Assembly (NCBI GenBank): GCA_034429745.1
Contig: DAOUFY010000090.1
Span: 3,693 to 67,692, forward strand
Origin: Anaerolineales bacterium
Lineage (GTDB): Bacteria; Chloroflexota; Anaerolineae; Anaerolineales; DRKV01
DNA length: 64,000 bases
Reading direction: 5' to 3'
Shown here: positions 54,115 to 64,000 of the stretch, piece after piece
Layout: the number at the start of each line of letters is the position of its first letter
Position numbering within the stretch: position 1 is the stretch's first letter
The notes under the pieces: model-generated
Told to the model about the DNA's origin: nothing
Database searches by the model: none
What the model saw: only the letters and a program-made list of their open reading frames with translations
Position numbers and translations under genes: made by a program

Positions 54115-56544
54115 TTATCCGGCAGAAATTGGCGGAAAGAAAACTTGAAATGTTGTACCTTGAGCTGGGTGACTGGTGAAAGTAATATCTCCGTTATGAC
54201 TCTTTATGATGCCCTTTATAATGGCTAATCCTAGCCCTGTGCCAACACCGACGGGTTTTGTGGTAAAGAAGGGGTCAAAAATTTTGCTCTGCAGTTCATA
54301 GGGTATGCCTTTGCCACTGTCGGCGACTTCCAGGCAAACCATTTCTATGACCTGGGATTCTTCTCCTGAAACAGTAAGCAATTTGTGAGGGGCAGTATAG
54401 GTGCGGATGTGAATTGTTCCGTTTTCTTCAATGGCATCGCGCGCGTTGGTCAGCAGATTGAGAATTACTTGTCCAAGTTGTCCCTTATTTGCTGCAATGG
54501 GGGGTAAGTTTTCGCAGAGTTCCGTGAAAAATTCAATATGAGAAAGCTTTTTCAGCTGCGGCTCGAATAGGAGCAAGGTTTCGTGGACCACTTCGTTTAA
54601 ATTGATTGGTTCAAGATGTATGTCATCAACATGAGCATAAATGTTTAACGATTTGACAATATCCACTACCCTCCAGGCGTTTCGCTCAAGCATTTGAAGG
54701 TAGCGCTGTAAGTCCTCGACTTGCACTTCACCTTTGTCTAGGCGGGCTAATAGGCTTTGGCAAACCCCGGTAATGACTTGCATTGGGTTATTAATCTCAT
54801 GGGCTACGCCAGCCGCCATCATGCCAAGAGAAGCCATCTTTTCGGTTTGCATCATGGTTTCTTGGAGACGTTTGCGCTCGGTAATATCGCGCATAACAAA
54901 TAAAATGAAATTTTCTTCAATAATCGTGTAAGGAGAGATGGTAGCTTCTAAGAGTATTTCATTGCCGGCTTTGGTATGCATGAGTATTTCCGGTATGATT
55001 ACACCTTTGGTTGGCTCAAGTTCTGCTAAATGCTCAATTAAACAATCGGAATGATTGGGGTGAACGAGGGCACAGAGGGTAGTCCCGATCAATTCGTTTT
55101 TGTTGTACCCTAAAGCAGTACAGGCGGCTGGATTGACTTCATAAATGATACGATGTTGATCTACGACAAAGATCATCTCTGCTGCAGCGTTGAAGATGGC
55201 GCGAAAATGCGCCTCAGAAGCGATGCGCGCTTGTTCGGTTTTTTTACGCTCATTAATGTCTATAGCAACCCCAAGCACACGGAGAGGTTTTCCCTCAGGA
55301 TCGCGTTCAACGACTTTACCGCTGCTGAGTATCCATTTCCAAGCGCCGTTTTTAGTGCGTAGGCGATATTCCATTTGGTGAGAGGAGATGTTACCAGCGA
55401 TGTAATCCTGCAGCAGCTGATTAACCTGCGGTTGGTCGTCAGGATGGATGGAATTTTTCATACTAATTATGTCGATCTGCTGGGCTTCGTCAGGAGAATA
55501 GCCTAACATGGCTGCCCAGCGTTGGTCGGTTGTACGCTTACCGCTGGGAATATCCCATGAATAAATACCTATATTGCCTGCATCTAGGGCTTGTTCCAGC
55601 CAGGCTTCTTTTTCACGCAGTTCCTTTTCAATAAGCTTAAGTTGAGTTATATCATTGAATAGGGTAGCAAAATGGCGCGGTGCTGGGCTGTAAGCCCGTA
55701 CCAAATAATATTTGCCTAATTCCTTAGAGTAGTTAGCGATTGTAGTGGGTTTGCCACTTAAGGCTACCTGCCCATAAGTCTCAATCCAGTATGGTTCAAG
55801 TTGGGGCAGCACTTCTAAGACTGTCTTACCGATAAGCTGTTCGCGCTTTAAACCAGTTAATTCCTCGAAGGCTGGATTGATTTCGAGAAAGCGATAGTCG
55901 CATGGTTTTCCATTATCATCAAGAATAATCTCATGCAGCGCAAAGCCTTCCTGGATAAATTCAAATAGGTTGCGATAGCGCTGTTCGCTTTCGCGAATGG
56001 CTATATCAGCAGCTTTTTGGCTGGTGATATCTTGGGTGAGCACTAAAACGCGCTCGAATGTTTGCTCATAGCCCGGTAGTACGGTCCAGTAGAGGTGAAT
56101 ATGGATAATTTCACCTTGCAAGTTATAATTGGTTGTCTCGAAGGAAAAATTTGTTTGACCTTGGGCAATATTCACCAGCTCCTGCTGAAAGGTTTGCATA
56201 CCTTCGCGGGTGAGGTATTGAGTGAGATGATCATATAGTTCTTGAGGTGATGAAGCAGAATACATTTTGGCTGCTGCCTGATTGATTTGTGAGACTTGAA
56301 CTTTGTTGGCTAACTCAGCAACAGCCTCAGGATGTTCGTTAAAGTAGGCTTCAAAATCTGTTATGCCTTTGAGTTTCAGCTCTTCGATAGCTTTTTTGAC
56401 AGCTGAAAAATCCTGTTCCCAAAGACCAACCGGCATGCTGTTAAAGATCAGGCGATAACGTGCTTCATCAGCTTGCAAAGCGGCTATTTGTATTTTAACT
56501 TCTTCGGAAAGCTGATCGTCAAATAATGGAAATTGGTTTTTCAA
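54115..56544 (-). CDS. Multi-PAS sensor histidine kinase (no TM segments evident)
   Basis: It has at least four PAS/PAC-like repeats, an H-box (GVAHEINNPMQ), an N-box (LLTNARDAI) and G-boxes (DSGKGIP, GTGLGLAI). Confidence 0.88.
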   Translation of the reverse strand: MKNQFPLFDDQLSEEVKIQIAALQADEARYRLIFNSMPVGLWEQDFSAVKKAIEELKLKGITDFEAYFNEHPEAVAELANKVQVSQINQAAAKMYSASSPQELYDHLTQYLTREGMQTFQQELVNIAQGQTNFSFETTNYNLQGEIIHIHLYWTVLPGYEQTFERVLVLTQDITSQKAADIAIRESEQRYRNLFEFIQEGFALHEIILDDNGKPCDYRFLEINPAFEELTGLKREQLIGKTVLEVLPQLEPYWIETYGQVALSGKPTTIANYSKELGKYYLVRAYSPAPRHFATLFNDITQLKLIEKELREKEAWLEQALDAGNIGIYSWDIPSGKRTTDQRWAAMLGYSPDEAQQIDIISMKNSIHPDDQPQVNQLLQDYIAGNISSHQMEYRLRTKNGAWKWILSSGKVVERDPEGKPLRVLGVAIDINERKKTEQARIASEAHFRAIFNAAAEMIFVVDQHRIIYEVNPAACTALGYNKNELIGTTLCALVHPNHSDCLIEHLAELEPTKGVIIPEILMHTKAGNEILLEATISPYTIIEENFILFVMRDITERKRLQETMMQTEKMASLGMMAAGVAHEINNPMQVITGVCQSLLARLDKGEVQVEDLQRYLQMLERNAWRVVDIVKSLNIYAHVDDIHLEPINLNEVVHETLLLFEPQLKKLSHIEFFTELCENLPPIAANKGQLGQVILNLLTNARDAIEENGTIHIRTYTAPHKLLTVSGEESQVIEMVCLEVADSGKGIPYELQSKIFDPFFTTKPVGVGTGLGLAIIKGIIKSHNGDITFTSHPAQGTTFQVFFPPISAG

Positions 56545-56575
56545 AACATCTCCCTATTGCTTCCCAAACAAGCGT

Positions 56576-57673
56576 TTAATAAATGCCATGTTTTTTCACA
56601 GCGTTGATAAACGCTTCTACGTTTTCCATCGGAGTGTCAGCTTGGATGATATGAGCTGGGGCACACATATAGCCGCCGCCTTCACCGAGAATGCGGATTT
56701 TTTCTGCAACATCTGCTTCAATTTCAGCAGGCGAGCCTTGCGGCAGCAGCTGCTGTTGATCTATCGCTCCCCAAAAAGACAAGCGGTTACCAAATTTTGT
56801 TTTGAGTTCTTTCGCGTCATGACCGGGAACATTTGGCTGAACTGGGTTAAAGACTTCCAACCCAACTTCGATCCAATCATCTAAAATGGGAGCAACTGCG
56901 CCATCGCAATGCTGCATAATGATTATGTTGGGGTTGGCAGCTTTTAGCTCAGCATAAATTTGGCGATAGCGTTCTTTGAAATAGCGGCGCCACATGCGCG
57001 GTGAAATGATCATACCGTGCTGAGCTCCAAAATCGTCTCCACACCAAATGCCATCCACGCCCAAGGAAATTAGTTTTTTCCCGACAGCTAAAGCAAAGTC
57101 CTTCGTTTTATCCATCAGGGCTTCAACATACGGCTTTCCTTCTGCCATGTCTTCCAGCAGTTTTTGAGTTCCAACAAGCTGCTGCATCATGTCGTACATG
57201 GTTAATTCCATATCCCCAATAATAAAGTACTCATCCTTGTATTTTTTTATCAGAGCTTCGGCGTCGTCGTACCGTCCGTCGGCTAATGGATCGGGGAAGG
57301 GGAAGTCAAGCACTTCTTGAACCTCATTGACATGAGCCATGGGGTGCTTAATTACTTCCATATAGAGGAAACCTTGGCGCATGACCATGCCAAACTCGTT
57401 GGTCAAATTACCGTCTTTGTCAATATGGGGGGTGTAGCCGCGCGGCAAGCTTCCTCCAACAATGACACAATCGCTGCCCATGGCAATGCGCAGCTCATTA
57501 GCAGAAATGCGGTAAGTTACATCCTCGTAGTAAGATGGAGTGTAATGGGCTGGAATGCCGTATTTTTTGCTAAAGGCGTCGGTCAACGAACGGCATAGGT
57601 CAAATTGAAGCGGGACTCGATCGGGCAATTCCTTGCGAGTAAGTGCAGCAAAGACGCGTTGTTTTGAGTTCAT
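56576..57673 (-). CDS. Uroporphyrinogen decarboxylase (URO-D) superfamily protein, MtaA/CmuA-like
   Basis: R...AL..E..DRVP...D and the C-terminal GGGYMCAPAHIIQADTPMENVEAF resemble URO-D-fold proteins. AAGGAG precedes the ATG at 57673, and the ORF track extends to 57715, overlapping rhaM. Confidence 0.65.
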   Translation of the reverse strand: MNSKQRVFAALTRKELPDRVPLQFDLCRSLTDAFSKKYGIPAHYTPSYYEDVTYRISANELRIAMGSDCVIVGGSLPRGYTPHIDKDGNLTNEFGMVMRQGFLYMEVIKHPMAHVNEVQEVLDFPFPDPLADGRYDDAEALIKKYKDEYFIIGDMELTMYDMMQQLVGTQKLLEDMAEGKPYVEALMDKTKDFALAVGKKLISLGVDGIWCGDDFGAQHGMIISPRMWRRYFKERYRQIYAELKAANPNIIIMQHCDGAVAPILDDWIEVGLEVFNPVQPNVPGHDAKELKTKFGNRLSFWGAIDQQQLLPQGSPAEIEADVAEKIRILGEGGGYMCAPAHIIQADTPMENVEAFINAVKKHGIY

Positions 57674-57683
57674 TTTGTACTCC

Positions 57684-58007
57684 TTAATCCAAGTGAAATA
57701 CTTCTTCGAGCTCAATCATGCTCTCATCGGCGTGTGCTCCCCCTAAATTTTCAAAATAAGGCGCCATAAAGTCTTGCCATTTGGCATTAATCTCTTCTTT
57801 TGCCATGCCGGCTAAAGCTTCTTGAAAGCTGTGAGGGGTTTCAAAATATCCAAAGAGTAAGCCGTCTTCACGCATGAAGAGAGAATAATTATGCCAGCCA
57901 TTGCGTCTAAGGGCGTCTAGCATTTCTGGCCAGACAGCTTGATGATGTTTTTTATATTCTTCAATTTTATCTTGCTTTACTTTTAAAACAAATCCGACTC
58001 GTTTCAT
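57684..58007 (-). CDS. rhaM: L-rhamnose mutarotase
   Basis: MKR.GF.LKVK.DKIEEYKK.H..VWPEM.DAL...G..NYSLF...DGLLFGY.E is the RhaM/YiiL signature. Its size of 107 aa also fits. Confidence 0.85.
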   Translation of the reverse strand: MKRVGFVLKVKQDKIEEYKKHHQAVWPEMLDALRRNGWHNYSLFMREDGLLFGYFETPHSFQEALAGMAKEEINAKWQDFMAPYFENLGGAHADESMIELEEVFHLD

Positions 58008-58042
58008 GGTGGCTCCTGAGTGATCAAATTGCTGTAGTAAAG

Positions 58043-58099
58043 AAGCTCCCTAGCACGATATTTCTAGGAAAGATATTTCTGATTCGTGCAAGGGAGCTT
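58043..58099 (-). other. Long intercistronic stem-loop between the binding-protein gene and rhaM
   Basis: A 16-bp stem, AAGCTCCCTAGCACGA (58043-58058) with TCGTGCAAGGGAGCTT (58084-58099), has one mismatch. The 25-nt loop carries a direct repeat, GATATTTCT x2. Confidence 0.6.
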
Positions 58100-58131
58100 G
58101 GTGAACAATAAGTTAAGTTACTACACTATGG

Positions 58132-60264
58132 TTACTGCACTTCAGCTTCGATATTATCCTTATTATAGACCGAGAACGGACCCATCAAAACGCGCAAGCC
58201 TTTCTCGCGAGTAGGATCTTTTTCGATGGTGTAGGTGCCCATGCGACCGGCTTCAAAAGTTTCACCAGCTTCGCCCTTGAGAGCACCGCTTGCAATCAAG
58301 TAGGTAACGTAGTAGGTCAAGTATCCTAGGTCTTTGAAGCTCCATAGGGCAAATTCTGGAGCGCAGCCATTGCGGGTAAATTCTACCATCTCAGAAGGCA
58401 AGCCAAGACCAGAAACCTTGACTTTGTCGCATAAGCCTTCATCCTGCATGGCTTTGGCAGCGGCGTTAATACCGATAGTCGTTGGTGCCATGATTACCTT
58501 GAGGTCTGGATATTTATCCACGAGGGCTAAGGCTTGATTGTAGCTGTCTTCAGACTGATCATTGCCATAGACAATGTCAACCAGTTCGAGTTTGGCGTAT
58601 TTCGGGTCTTTTAGGGCTTCTTTCAAAGCAGCAATCCAAGCGTTTTGGTTGGCAGCATCTGGAGAAGCAGAAAGAACAGCGAACTTGCCGCCTTCTTCGC
58701 CCATGATGGAAAGCGCCATATCTGCCATCACTTTGCCGGTTTCGTTGAAGTCAACTTGAGCTACGAAGACTTGCTCACCTTCAGCTGAGGGGATGGGTGA
58801 ATCCCAAGTAACGACGGTAACGCCTGCCTCACGGGCTTTCTTGGCTGGTTCAGCTATTTGATCGCCAGCGTTGTTGGAGATCATGATGGCATTGACCTTC
58901 TGGGTTGTGGCGCTGGTTACAATTTCAATTTGTCCGGCAACGCTGTTGTCAGCGGTTGGACCAAGAAAATCAAGTTTGCCTTTGTTTTCCAATTCAGCAT
59001 GCGCTTCTTGTGCCCCTTGGTAAGCCTGCTCAAAGACCATGTTGCCCATGAATTTCGGCAGAAGCACCATGTTCAGGGTCTTGCCTTTTTCAGCTTTGAC
59101 CACTGGTCCTGCTTCAGCGGCGGGAGCAGCGCCGGCGAGTTTATCGCATTTCCAATCAGAAAGTGGCTTGGTGAAGTCGTTGGATTCCCAAGCTTTAGCC
59201 ATTTCATCCACGTTGCAGATGGTAACGATATCCATGCCGGAGTTGGTGAATGGCTCAAATTCCTTACCGTTGACGATCTTGTCATAGATCATCTGGACGG
59301 TGTCATAGCCCCAACCGAAGTATTTCTGTCCGACTAAGCCGTAGAGCATGCCTTTCTTGACCCAATCGAGCTCGACGGGTAGGGTGTCAAAAGCGACGCT
59401 CTTCATGCCTTTCTTGGTGGCTTCTTCCCACTTGGGCATAGCGCCTTCACCGGCGAAAATGGGCCACAGACCGACGAAGAACCAGCCGTTGAGGTCTGGG
59501 TACTTGGTCATGGTCTCTTCGACAACTTGGACACCTTTTTGGATGTCATCATTGCAGGCGACAATATCAACGATTTCGATGTTGCTGCCCTCAACGCCTT
59601 CTTTGAAGCCGGCGATGCGTGCTTCGAGGTTGGCAGCGCCTGGGACGCCGGTGAGGAGAGCAACTTTACCGCCATTGGGCAAAGCCATTTTGAGGAGTTC
59701 AGCAGCGGCTTTACCGCCTTCTTTGTTGTCAACGCCGAGGTAAGTGAAGCGCTTGCTGTTGGGGGAGTCGGAGTCCCAAGTCATAACGGGGATGCCGGCT
59801 TCGACAGCTTTGTTGATGGGGTCAACGCAGCCTTCGGGCTCGTTGCAGGAGACACCGATGGCATCTACGCCTTTAGCGATGACGCCTTCCATCACAGCAG
59901 CTTGTTCAGCGATGTCGGATTTAGTGGGGGCAGTGTAAAGGATTTCGACTTTGATTTTGCCCTGTTCAGAAAGCTCTTTGGCTTTCAGCTCAGCGCCGAC
60001 GCGGCCGGTTTCGAAGACGGGGTTATTGAGGGCTTTAGGGATCCAAGCGATGGTAAGGACGCCGTCCTCGATGCCTGGTTTAGCAGCGGCGGGCTGTTCT
60101 TCTTTAGGCTGTTCAGCTTCAGCGGGTTGTTCGGCGGGTTTCTCCTCCTTGGGCTGCTCGGCAACGGGAGTGGGTGCCGGCTGACAGGCAGAGAGAAGCA
60201 TACTAGCAATCATCAATAGGGATAGAATGACTACTGAAATTCGTCTCATTTTCTTTTCCTCCAA
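58132..60264 (-). CDS. Sugar ABC transporter substrate-binding lipoprotein with two tandem type I periplasmic-binding-protein domains
   Basis: It has a lipobox (LLSAC) and a Pro/Glu/Ala-rich tether. The first PBP domain spans about aa 63-385 ([13 protein letters not shown]...). After an AAPAAEAGP linker, the second PBP domain spans about aa 397-710 ([17 protein letters not shown]..., LsrB/RhaS-like). An alternative start is at 60249. Confidence 0.8.
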   Translation of the reverse strand: MEEKKMRRISVVILSLLMIASMLLSACQPAPTPVAEQPKEEKPAEQPAEAEQPKEEQPAAAKPGIEDGVLTIAWIPKALNNPVFETGRVGAELKAKELSEQGKIKVEILYTAPTKSDIAEQAAVMEGVIAKGVDAIGVSCNEPEGCVDPINKAVEAGIPVMTWDSDSPNSKRFTYLGVDNKEGGKAAAELLKMALPNGGKVALLTGVPGAANLEARIAGFKEGVEGSNIEIVDIVACNDDIQKGVQVVEETMTKYPDLNGWFFVGLWPIFAGEGAMPKWEEATKKGMKSVAFDTLPVELDWVKKGMLYGLVGQKYFGWGYDTVQMIYDKIVNGKEFEPFTNSGMDIVTICNVDEMAKAWESNDFTKPLSDWKCDKLAGAAPAAEAGPVVKAEKGKTLNMVLLPKFMGNMVFEQAYQGAQEAHAELENKGKLDFLGPTADNSVAGQIEIVTSATTQKVNAIMISNNAGDQIAEPAKKAREAGVTVVTWDSPIPSAEGEQVFVAQVDFNETGKVMADMALSIMGEEGGKFAVLSASPDAANQNAWIAALKEALKDPKYAKLELVDIVYGNDQSEDSYNQALALVDKYPDLKVIMAPTTIGINAAAKAMQDEGLCDKVKVSGLGLPSEMVEFTRNGCAPEFALWSFKDLGYLTYYVTYLIASGALKGEAGETFEAGRMGTYTIEKDPTREKGLRVLMGPFSVYNKDNIEAEVQ

Positions 60265-60508
60265 AAAATGTATTAATTGTTATAAAAAGTTATACCTGCA
60301 CCAATAGTATATTCCCCCTGAATTGATATAAACAGCTTATTGTTCCCGATAATCACCACCTCCTTTGTACCCAATAGCCAATTTATACAATCATCCTGAA
60401 AAGTGAACAAAGTATTTATTATTCATTATAAATGATAAACCGTTTTCGTCAACATTCTGCCCATTACTCTTGCCCTCATTAGGCCATTATGAGCACGACA
60501 CTAATCGT

Positions 60509-61534
60509 TTAGGATTCGTGTGCTTCATTTAGGGCAGCTTTTGATGCAGATTGACGCTGCTGTAAGGAGCTGCGGATCCCGCGTATAGCATTGGGGATCA
60601 ATACCGAAAAGATCAGTAAGAGACCAATAACACCAGTTTGAAGATGCCCAGTTAAATTAGCTAAGGACATTCCATTACGCAAATTCAGCACGATAAGAAT
60701 AGAAAGTAAAACGCCAAAAATTGAACCGGAACCCCCAAAAATGCTGACACCTCCTAGCAGGACCATGGTAATAATTTCCAATTCAAAGCCATAAGCGGTA
60801 TCACCGCGTACTGCCCCTAAGCGAGCTGCGATTAATAATCCCGCTAAAGCTGAGACAAAACCTGAAGCGATGTAAAGGATCATTTTTACTTGTTCCACGT
60901 TAATACCTGCATAGCGGGCTACATCTTTATTGTTTCCAATGACATACACATACCTGCCAAAAGCTGAATATTGCAGAATAATTATGGCTAGAATGAGCAA
61001 AATAAAGAAGATGACCAAAGAGAGAGGAAATGGACCCAGAAAAGGTTTTTGACCAAGGTTGACGAACCACTCTGGGAAACCGGTGATAGATTTATCCTCG
61101 AGGAAGACGCGCGCGAGCCCGCGATAGCCGATCAGCATGGCTAAAGTAACCACCAATGAAGAGAGTTTGGCATAAGCGATCCAAATTCCATTGAATATAC
61201 CGCAAAGCACTCCTACGGCAAGGCAAATAAGCAATGCTGTCTCAAGTGCAACACCATTGGTGTACAACCATGCCATCAAGCAAGCGGCTAAACCCATAAC
61301 TGATGGCACAGAAAGATCAATTTCTCCATTGATGATGAGAAATGTCATAGTAACAACAGCGATGATCCGTTCAATGTAGAGGGTAAATAAGTTGATTTGG
61401 TTCTGAAGTGTCAAATAAGCTGGAGCTTGTTGGGTGTTGATGAAAAAGATAGCCGCCAGGATGACCAACAGTAAGCCTTCCCAGCTTTTCAATCTTGCGA
61501 CCGCATTAGTAAACAAATTACGACCCTGTGGCAT
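60509..61534 (-). CDS. Sugar ABC transporter permease (RbsC/RhaQ-type)
   Basis: It is a ~10-TM protein of the branched-chain/monosaccharide permease (BPD_transp_2) type and overlaps the upstream permease gene. Confidence 0.8.
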   Translation of the reverse strand: MPQGRNLFTNAVARLKSWEGLLLVILAAIFFINTQQAPAYLTLQNQINLFTLYIERIIAVVTMTFLIINGEIDLSVPSVMGLAACLMAWLYTNGVALETALLICLAVGVLCGIFNGIWIAYAKLSSLVVTLAMLIGYRGLARVFLEDKSITGFPEWFVNLGQKPFLGPFPLSLVIFFILLILAIIILQYSAFGRYVYVIGNNKDVARYAGINVEQVKMILYIASGFVSALAGLLIAARLGAVRGDTAYGFELEIITMVLLGGVSIFGGSGSIFGVLLSILIVLNLRNGMSLANLTGHLQTGVIGLLLIFSVLIPNAIRGIRSSLQQRQSASKAALNEAHES

Positions 61535-62582
61535 GTTCTTGACCCTCCTTTTCTTCTATGATTGATTCTTCCAGCATCAGCTCGCTGTGTGCCCAAACGT
61601 TGCGCAGACGACTAATAATCAATTGATCAAAAGCAACAGCTAATAAGATGAGCAAACCCATGATTGCATCGCGCCAAAACTCGCTGATTACCGTCCAGCG
61701 AATAAGACTGTTTTCGAGCAAGTCAATGATAATGGAGCCTAGCAGAGCGCCGAACACTGTGCCGGAGCCACCGTTATTGCTCACTCCACCGACGACAATG
61801 GCAGCAATTGCGGCAAATTCTAAGCCCTGACCAGCAATGACTGTGATGTTTCCAAAGCGGGCTAAGAAGAGGAAACCAGCTAACCCGCCTAAGGCTCCAC
61901 TAAGCATGAAAGCGGTTAATACAATTCGCTGTGAAGGAAAGCCAGCAATACGAGCGGCTTCGGGGTTGCTGCCAATGGCGTAGAGCCGTCTGCCAAACGG
62001 CAGGTAGTTCAGCACTAGATGAAAAATGATTACGACCAACAGCATTACCCCTACAATGAGGCGAATATCAATCTCACCTATAGAAAAGAGGTTTGCCCGT
62101 GAGAAGTTCACTACCCACTGCGGCAGCTTTGCTGTTACTATGACTTTTGACTCTGAATATTCGATCAAGAGTGAGCGGTAAATGGCTAAAGTGCTGATGG
62201 TGGTGATGATAGAAGGGACGCGCCCATAAGCAATGATAACGCCGTTGATGGCTCCCATAAGCATGCCAAACCCTACGGCAATGAGCACAACTACCGCTGG
62301 GGGTATATCGTTGTTGAGGGTTAATTGCTTGCCGACAAAGAAAGCTGTAAACCCTACGATGGAACCAAGAGAAAGATCAAAATTGCGCGTAAGGAAAACG
62401 AGGGTTTGGGCAACAGCTAATATAGCCGTGATGGCTACACTGGTTGAAACGCGGGTAAAGAAGCGGAAGTTGAGATAATCCTTAACTTGAGTACTGAAAA
62501 AAGCCAGCATGAGAGCAATGATAAGAAGAAGCACTAATTCGCGGATTTGTTCAGGATGAATTTTGCGGATTATTTTGTTCAT
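61518..62582 (-). CDS. Sugar ABC transporter permease (RbsC/RhaP-type)
   Basis: It is a multi-TM BPD_transp_2-type permease located between the ATPase and the second permease. Confidence 0.8.
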   Translation of the reverse strand: MNKIIRKIHPEQIRELVLLLIIALMLAFFSTQVKDYLNFRFFTRVSTSVAITAILAVAQTLVFLTRNFDLSLGSIVGFTAFFVGKQLTLNNDIPPAVVVLIAVGFGMLMGAINGVIIAYGRVPSIITTISTLAIYRSLLIEYSESKVIVTAKLPQWVVNFSRANLFSIGEIDIRLIVGVMLLVVIIFHLVLNYLPFGRRLYAIGSNPEAARIAGFPSQRIVLTAFMLSGALGGLAGFLFLARFGNITVIAGQGLEFAAIAAIVVGGVSNNGGSGTVFGALLGSIIIDLLENSLIRWTVISEFWRDAIMGLLILLAVAFDQLIISRLRNVWAHSELMLEESIIEEKEGQEHATGS

Positions 62583-62595
62583 TTTTTACCCCTTG

Positions 62596-64000
62596 TTACC
62601 CCTGTGTGAGATTAAGTTGACCCATAGCAGCCATCATGACTTTTTCTTCTGTTGCTTCACTTTTATTGAAGAGAGCCATTTGGCGTCCTTCACGCATCAC
62701 CAGAACTCGATCGCTCATTGCCAGCACTTCAGGCAGATCAGAAGATACAAGAATAATAGCAATGCCGCGCTGGGTGAGGTCATTGATCATGTGATGGACT
62801 TCGACTTTAGCACCAACATCAATGCCGCGGGTTGGTTCATCAAGGATTAAAAGCTTAGGGTTTGTGTTCAGCCATTTACTCAGCATAACTTTTTGCTGAT
62901 TGCCGCCGGAAAGTTTTTCAACAGCTACATCTACTGAAGGGGTGCGAATGTTCAAGCGCTCACGAAATTCTTCTGCTGTCTTCCGTTCGCGCCCTTTGTA
63001 AATTAAACCAAGTGCGTTGCTGTACCGCTTAAGGATGGGCAAAGAGATATTGGCGCTAATTGACATAGGCATGCATAGTCCTAAGTTGCGGCGGTCTTCT
63101 GAGGCATAAGCAATACCTAACTCTAATGCTTGTTGAGGAGAGTTAATTTGATAAGATTTTCCTTCCAGAATGATTTCACCGCTGGTAGCTGGGGCGATAC
63201 CGAATAAAGAGAGGCAAACATCTGTCCGCCGCGAGCCAATTAAGCCAGCAAAGCCAAGCACCTCACCTCGATACACATCAAAATTGATGTTTTCATATAC
63301 GCCCTCTAAACTTAGCTGACGGACAGAAAGCAGCAGATCACCGCGTTGGGTTTGGGTTTTGTAGAAGAAGTCAGTTACTTCTCTGCCGACCATATCGCAA
63401 ATTACACCATCACAGGTTACTTCACTGGCAAGCTTTGAAGCTACTTTCTTGCCGTCTCGCAGGATGGTAATTCGATCGGCAATGTCAAAGACTTCTTCCA
63501 GGCGGTGCCCAATGAAAAGAATAGCTACACCTTGATTACGGAGGGAGCGCACGAGTTTGAAAAGCTGGGCAACTTCATGTGCGGAAAGGGAAGCCGTTGG
63601 TTCATCCATGATTAACACCCGGGCTTTTAGGGAGATCGCTTTTGCAATTTCCACAGCTTGCTGAGCGGCCAATGTTAAACCTCGAGCCGGACTGCGTACA
63701 TTGATTTTCACGTCCAATTTAGCAAGAACTTCATTGGCGTCCTTGTACATTTTGTTCCAATTGACGAATGCGCCGCGGTCGCGGTGGCTGATGAAGATAT
63801 TTTCAGCTACATTCAAATCGGGATACACCATTGGTTCTTGGTAAATTGCGGCTATGCCATAAGTTTGGGCATCTTGAGAGTTGCGGATTTGAACTGGCTT
63901 GCCATCAATGAGAATTTCACCTTCATCGGGACGGTGAACGCCAGTGAGTATCTTTATCAGCGTGGATTTTCCAGCACCGTTTTCTCCTACGACGGCATGT
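62596..64000 (-). CDS. Sugar ABC transporter ATP-binding protein with duplicated ATPase domains (RbsA/RhaT-type), N-terminus outside the window
   Basis: The frame stays open to nt 64000, where the minus-strand translation reads [14 protein letters not shown] (Walker A of domain 1). It also has the LSGGNQQK signature and [12 protein letters not shown] of domain 2. The Met at 63831 in the ORF track is internal. Confidence 0.85.
   Translation of the reverse strand, partial: HAVVGENGAGKSTLIKILTGVHRPDEGEILIDGKPVQIRNSQDAQTYGIAAIYQEPMVYPDLNVAENIFISHRDRGAFVNWNKMYKDANEVLAKLDVKINVRSPARGLTLAAQQAVEIAKAISLKARVLIMDEPTASLSAHEVAQLFKLVRSLRNQGVAILFIGHRLEEVFDIADRITILRDGKKVASKLASEVTCDGVICDMVGREVTDFFYKTQTQRGDLLLSVRQLSLEGVYENINFDVYRGEVLGFAGLIGSRRTDVCLSLFGIAPATSGEIILEGKSYQINSPQQALELGIAYASEDRRNLGLCMPMSISANISLPILKRYSNALGLIYKGRERKTAEEFRERLNIRTPSVDVAVEKLSGGNQQKVMLSKWLNTNPKLLILDEPTRGIDVGAKVEVHHMINDLTQRGIAIILVSSDLPEVLAMSDRVLVMREGRQMALFNKSEATEEKVMMAAMGQLNLTQG

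Noticed and set aside
58334-60219. A cluster of plus-strand ORFs (up to 230 aa at 59527-60219) and extra minus-strand ORFs inside the binding-protein gene.
   Set aside because: Their translations are low-complexity (Ala/Ser/Gly/Phe-rich) with no motifs. They lie entirely within a well-supported minus-strand PBP gene whose codon bias removes stop codons from other frames.
1-64000. Mobile elements (IS, transposase, integrase, phage genes) or rRNA genes.
   Set aside because: No transposase, integrase or recombinase-like translation, terminal inverted repeats, or rRNA-like sequence was seen. Only the two decayed remnants at 16.5 kb and 29.9 kb hint at past mobility.

Overview
This is a 64-kb bacterial chromosomal window. 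All calls come from reading the ORF translations and the DNA by eye. No BLAST or HMM search was run, so family names are motif-level recognitions. Lipoproteins with Pro/Thr- and Pro/Glu-rich linkers, T-box control of thrS and the protein families present suggest a Chloroflexota/Anaerolineae-like organism (low-confidence inference).

(1) nt 1-29,847 is one co-directional plus-strand glycan-biosynthesis island of about 22 tightly packed, often overlapping genes.
- It has a nonulosonic-acid (pseudaminic/legionaminic-like) core: two DegT aminotransferases, two SDR epimerase/dehydratases, a GNAT, a NeuB-family synthase and an SpsF-type cytidylyltransferase.
- It carries unusually rich tailoring: formyltransferase, de-N-acetylase, AsnB-like and PP-loop amidotransferases, an acyl-AMP ligase-ACP-hexapeptide acyltransferase fusion, a B12/radical-SAM enzyme and a glycosyltransferase (GT)-methyltransferase fusion.
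- It has four GT2-TPR modules. Three of them are fused into a 2076-aa multi-domain protein that also contains three near-identical in-frame tandem repeats.
- Two decayed gene remnants (a nucleotidyltransferase and a DNA methylase) mark seams of the island.

(2) nt 30-34 kb holds a DUF1810 protein, a class-I glutamine amidotransferase and an NMT1/THI5-type ABC importer.

(3) nt 34.2-39.4 kb is the flagellar filament locus.
- It has two paralogous short flagellins, each with a textbook sigma-28 promoter and a GGA-hairpin plus GGA-SD (Shine-Dalgarno) leader, followed by fliD, flaG and fliS.
- Its proximity to the island makes flagellin glycosylation the leading hypothesis.

(4) The remainder holds tRNA-Val, a T-box leader plus thrS, pstCAB preceded by an OmpR-type regulator with a degenerate receiver, secreted Nbr1-FW-like and alpha/beta-hydrolase lipoproteins, a Cas4-like nuclease, hemerythrin, a PRTase, an MCP (methyl-accepting chemotaxis protein), a multi-PAS histidine kinase, and a rhamnose-type sugar ABC cluster whose substrate-binding lipoprotein is a tandem double PBP (periplasmic binding protein) domain.

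No rRNA, CRISPR array, transposase or integrase was recognised.
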